From contig OZ253580.1 of the NCBI GenBank assembly GCA_965263035.1, forward strand, positions 5,600,001 to 5,664,000: DNA of 64,000 nucleotides, written 5' to 3'. Both the position numbers and the translations under genes were made by a program. The DNA is from Acidobacteriota bacterium (GTDB taxonomy: Bacteria; Acidobacteriota; UBA6911; RPQK01; JAJDTT01). A model generated the notes under the pieces. It was not told the origin of the DNA and did no database searches. It saw nothing but the letters and a program-made list of their open reading frames with translations. This document shows positions 60,698-64,000 of this stretch, one piece after another; positions within the stretch are counted from its first letter, which is position 1; each line of letters opens with the position of its first letter.

Positions 60698-60761
60698 GCC
60701 CGTAGAAGGGCCTGAGATCGATGATCTCCCTTGAGCCAAGGGGTAGGGGGCACAGGCCTTT
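60698..60761 (+). repeat. island hairpin motif, copy B
   Basis: 35 of 50 positions identical to copy A by manual alignment. Confidence 0.6.
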
Positions 60762-60870
60762 ACGCGCTATCGCAGTCCTGCATCGGTTCCAGCAAGGGAT
60801 CGGGGTCCTGACAATCGCACCCCGGTACATCTTGGCCCTTTTCGCCTCTAAAGAATCCCGGGACCGGCGT

Positions 60871-61875
60871 TCAGGCTCCATACCGGAGGCGAGCCACGGC
60901 ACCCCGACCGGCCAGTTGTGCACGGGCATAGTGGCCTGGCATCTGGGGAGACGACCACCGGCCGTCGATCTGCATCTCGACGATCGTGGCCCCATTTGCG
61001 ACGAGACTCTGAGCCGATCCCACCCGGAGGCTGTGGCCAGAAACCCGGCCCTCGATATCGGCGGCGGCGGCGCGGCGTTTCAACATTAGCCGGAGCCCGG
61101 AGACCGAGAGTGGCTGATTCCCGCAGACGTCCCCTCGGCGTACCCGGCGAAACAGGGGCCCGGTGGAGAATCCGGCCCTATCGAGCCAAACTCGGATTCT
61201 TTTCACGGTGCGGGGCCCGAGATATTGCACGGCTCCCTTGCCCTCCGGGTCGGACTTCGAGAATCGGATGGTGAGACGCCCGGAGCCGTCCGGCTCAAAA
61301 ATGACGTCCTCGACCACCAGGGCGCATAGTTCCGAGACCCGGAGCATGGCATCGCTCATAACGGAGATGATCGCGGCGTCTCGCAATCCGGCCAGAGAGT
61401 GATTCCCATTGGCGGCGAGGGCGGCCATAACGTCCGCATCCCTCCATTGAACGCCTTTCACTTGCCCGCGTCCCCGTCCCTTCCCCTTGCGGCGGAGCCC
61501 GGCGAGGACGGCTTGACTTACGGGGCCTACCGGGGACGGCTGGCCGGTGGTCTTGGATTGGAACCGGACGGCGGCCACCAACTGCCCGGCAACAGCGGGC
61601 GATTTCCCCACATCGTGCAAGCTGGTGAGGTATTCGGCAAGCGTGTCATCCGTGAGGGGCTGCCCGTCCAGGTAGTCGTAGAGACGTTGCAGCTGCCCCT
61701 GGTAGGCGGCTCGGGTGTTGGCCGAGATACTGGCAGCCGCCAACTCGCGGGCCCCGGCGCTGATCCGGGCCAGTGGTCCGACTCCGGAAGACATTGAGGG
61801 GGACACTTCGAGGGCGTTCTTATTGGGCGTCGTCGTCTTTTCCTCGGTGACATTGCCAGTAGAATAACTCACCAT
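60871..61875 (-). CDS. Cre-like tyrosine recombinase 4 (start may be 61794)
   Basis: MLRVSE, SKSD, SGHSLRVGSA, GRW and PGHY motifs. Confidence 0.9.
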   Translation of the reverse strand: MVSYSTGNVTEEKTTTPNKNALEVSPSMSSGVGPLARISAGARELAAASISANTRAAYQGQLQRLYDYLDGQPLTDDTLAEYLTSLHDVGKSPAVAGQLVAAVRFQSKTTGQPSPVGPVSQAVLAGLRRKGKGRGRGQVKGVQWRDADVMAALAANGNHSLAGLRDAAIISVMSDAMLRVSELCALVVEDVIFEPDGSGRLTIRFSKSDPEGKGAVQYLGPRTVKRIRVWLDRAGFSTGPLFRRVRRGDVCGNQPLSVSGLRLMLKRRAAAADIEGRVSGHSLRVGSAQSLVANGATIVEMQIDGRWSSPQMPGHYARAQLAGRGAVARLRYGA

Positions 61876-61897
61876 AAGTGTAATTATAGAGAGTTAT
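61864..61897. other. loxP-like site (13-8-13)
   Basis: ATAACTCACCATA-AGTGTAAT-TATAGAGAGTTAT at the 5' end of a Cre-like gene. Confidence 0.8.
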
Positions 61898-62225
61898 TAT
61901 GGGGTCTGTCAAGCGCTTCAAAACATGCTCATCAGGGTTGAGGAACCGGGATGAAGGGAGGATTGCGCAACTATATCCGATGGAAATGAACCAGGAACGG
62001 GGTGCTCCACCCTCCATTTCTGTGCGGCCAATTCAAAAAAAGATGAACTAGCCGCAATAGTGGGAAGCGGCCCCACTCCATGGAACCCTTTTGCCACCTG
62101 ACAACGACGACTCCCAGAGCAAGGTTCGACAAATCGTTGTCCCCGTGCCAAGACCAGGAACCATCCCGCCGGTATACCCCTGCCATCCTGGGTTTCCGGG
62201 GGATTTGATATATCCTGAGTGTTCA

Positions 62226-64000
62226 ATGACCAACAACGATCTGAACTGGATTGCCAACTACATCTGGGGTATCGCCGACGACGTCCTGCGCGACCTCTAC
62301 GTTCGCGGCAAGTACCGCGACGTCATTCTTCCCATGACCGTTCTCCGCCGGCTGGATGTGGTGTTGGAGGACACCAAGCAAGCGGTACTGGACATGAAAG
62401 CCACTCTCGACGCGGTGGGTGTAGTCGAGCAAGATTCGTCCCTGCGGCAGGCGGCGGAGCAGGATTTTTACAACACCTCGAAGTTCACCTTGCGCGACTT
62501 GAGGTCCCGCACCAACCGTCAGCAGCTCACGGCTGACTTTGAGGCCTACCTCGACGGCTTTTCGCCCAACGTCCAGGACATACTCGAAAACTTCGAGTTC
62601 CGAAACCAAATTCCGCGGTTGTCCAAGGCGGATGCCTTAGGCACGCTCATCGAGAAACTCACTTCGCCTGATATCAATCTGAGTCCGGACCCGGTCATGA
62701 ACGCCGATGGTTCCGTGCGGTACCCCGGCCTCGACAATCATGGGATGGGTTCGATCTTTGAAGAGCTGGTTCGCCGCTTCAACGAGGAGAACAATGAGGA
62801 GGCGGGTGAACACTGGACACCACGTGACGCCGTGACTCTGATGGCGAAGCTTCTCTTCCTACCCATCGCTGACGAAATCAGATCTGGAACTTACCTGCTC
62901 TACGATGGCGCCTGCGGGACCGGCGGCATGCTGACAGTGGCCGAGGAAACACTGTCGCAGCTCGCCGCCGAGGGCGGCAAGCAGGTTTCCACGCATCTCT
63001 ATGGCCAGGAGATCAACGCCGAAACCTACGCCATCTGCAAGGCCGACCTGCTGCTGAAAGGCGAAGGCTCGGCGGCCGACAATATCGTGGGCGGACCGGA
63101 GCACTCGACGCTCGCCAACGACGCATTCCCGTCCAATGAGTTCGACTTCATGCTTTCCAATCCGCCCTACGGCAAGAGCTGGAAGAGTGACTTGGCACGC
63201 ATGGGCGGCAAGAAGGATATGCGCGACCCGCGTTTCGTGATCGAGCATGCGGGCGATCCCGAATATTCGCTGGTCACGCGGTCCAGCGACGGTCAGATGC
63301 TGTTTCTCGCCAACAAGCTCTCCAAGATGAAGCAGCACACGCCGCTCGGCAGCCGCATCGCCGAGGTCCACAACGGCAGCTCCCTTTTCACCGGAGATGC
63401 CGGACAGGGTGAGAGCAACATCCGCCGCTGGATCATCGAGAACGATTGGTTGGAGGCGATGGTCGCTCTGCCTCTCAACATGTTCTACAACACCGGCATC
63501 GCCACCTATGTCTGGGTGCTCACGAACCGAAAACCCGATCACCGGAAGGGCAAGGTGCAGCTAATCGACGCTACGAAGAGATACCAGCCTTTGCGGAAAA
63601 ACCTGGGAAAGAAGAACTGCGAACTCGGTGAAGAGGACATTGCTTGGATCTGCGAGACGTTCCTCGGGTTCGAGGAGAATGACCAGAGCAAGATCTTCGA
63701 CAATGCCGCCTTCGGCTACTGGAAAGTGACGGTGGAAAGGCCGTTGCGGATCGAAGGTATTGACCCCAGCCGTGCATACAAGGCTGCGGAGATCAGAAGA
63801 CTGAAAGCAAGTGGCGAGCGGAGTGAGACGGCACCGGCCGTGATCAAAAAGATTCACAAGCGGGGGACCGAACCCAACCCCCTTCACGGCCTATTCAGAA
63901 CTACCATCAATGGGCGATCTGCCGTGGTGGAGTACGAACCGGACACCGATCTGCGCGACACGGAGCAGATCCCTCTGCTGGAGGAGGGAGGAATTGACGG
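62226..64000 (+). CDS. hsdM: type I restriction-modification M subunit, 3'-partial
   Basis: MTNNDLNWIANYIWGIADDVLRD, GEHWTPR, YDGACGTGGML and NPPY motifs; runs off the window end. Confidence 0.95.
   Translation, partial: MTNNDLNWIANYIWGIADDVLRDLYVRGKYRDVILPMTVLRRLDVVLEDTKQAVLDMKATLDAVGVVEQDSSLRQAAEQDFYNTSKFTLRDLRSRTNRQQLTADFEAYLDGFSPNVQDILENFEFRNQIPRLSKADALGTLIEKLTSPDINLSPDPVMNADGSVRYPGLDNHGMGSIFEELVRRFNEENNEEAGEHWTPRDAVTLMAKLLFLPIADEIRSGTYLLYDGACGTGGMLTVAEETLSQLAAEGGKQVSTHLYGQEINAETYAICKADLLLKGEGSAADNIVGGPEHSTLANDAFPSNEFDFMLSNPPYGKSWKSDLARMGGKKDMRDPRFVIEHAGDPEYSLVTRSSDGQMLFLANKLSKMKQHTPLGSRIAEVHNGSSLFTGDAGQGESNIRRWIIENDWLEAMVALPLNMFYNTGIATYVWVLTNRKPDHRKGKVQLIDATKRYQPLRKNLGKKNCELGEEDIAWICETFLGFEENDQSKIFDNAAFGYWKVTVERPLRIEGIDPSRAYKAAEIRRLKASGERSETAPAVIKKIHKRGTEPNPLHGLFRTTINGRSAVVEYEPDTDLRDTEQIPLLEEGGID

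Larger units (their letters stand above)
43516..64000. mobile_element. mosaic recombinase-rich defence island (right end outside the window)
   Basis: Four tyrosine recombinases, a portal remnant, several lower-GC defence-type genes and hsdM. Confidence 0.8.

Noticed and set aside
1-64000. CRISPR array, tRNA or rRNA genes
   Set aside because: No regularly spaced repeats, cloverleaf motifs or rRNA-like sequence were recognised.

Overview
GC-rich bacterial chromosome segment. The FG-GAP, PQQ-propeller and Sel1/TonB-C proteins suggest Acidobacteriota, possibly host-associated (inference). 1-43.5 kb is mostly housekeeping and catabolic: two large FG-GAP repeat paralogues (one broken by an amber stop), SDRs, a sugar ABC transporter, a Gfo/Idh/MocA oxidoreductase, an M20 deacylase, an NhaC-type transporter, an FAH hydrolase, an MFS transporter, DNA polymerase II, a porin-pstSCAB-phoU operon and ilvD. 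A 3.9 kb insert (SEFIR-TPR gene, ImmA/IrrE-type peptidase, IS remnant) lies between two 640-bp direct repeats of an SDR gene. A ~160-bp MITE occurs three times, once in frame inside the porin gene. From 43.5 kb to the end lies a mosaic defence/mobile island with four tyrosine recombinases, three of them Cre-like. Each has a candidate recombination site at its 5' end: one 34-bp loxP-like site, two related 13-8-13 sites and one dif-like site. Cargo includes a KAP NTPase, a NucC/DUF6602-like nuclease, a PIN-like 2TM protein, an NYN+NACHT pair, DUF2188, a phage portal remnant and type I R-M hsdM, plus a dispersed ~60-bp hairpin motif. No rRNA, tRNA or CRISPR array was seen. All family calls come from motif recognition by eye, not database searches.
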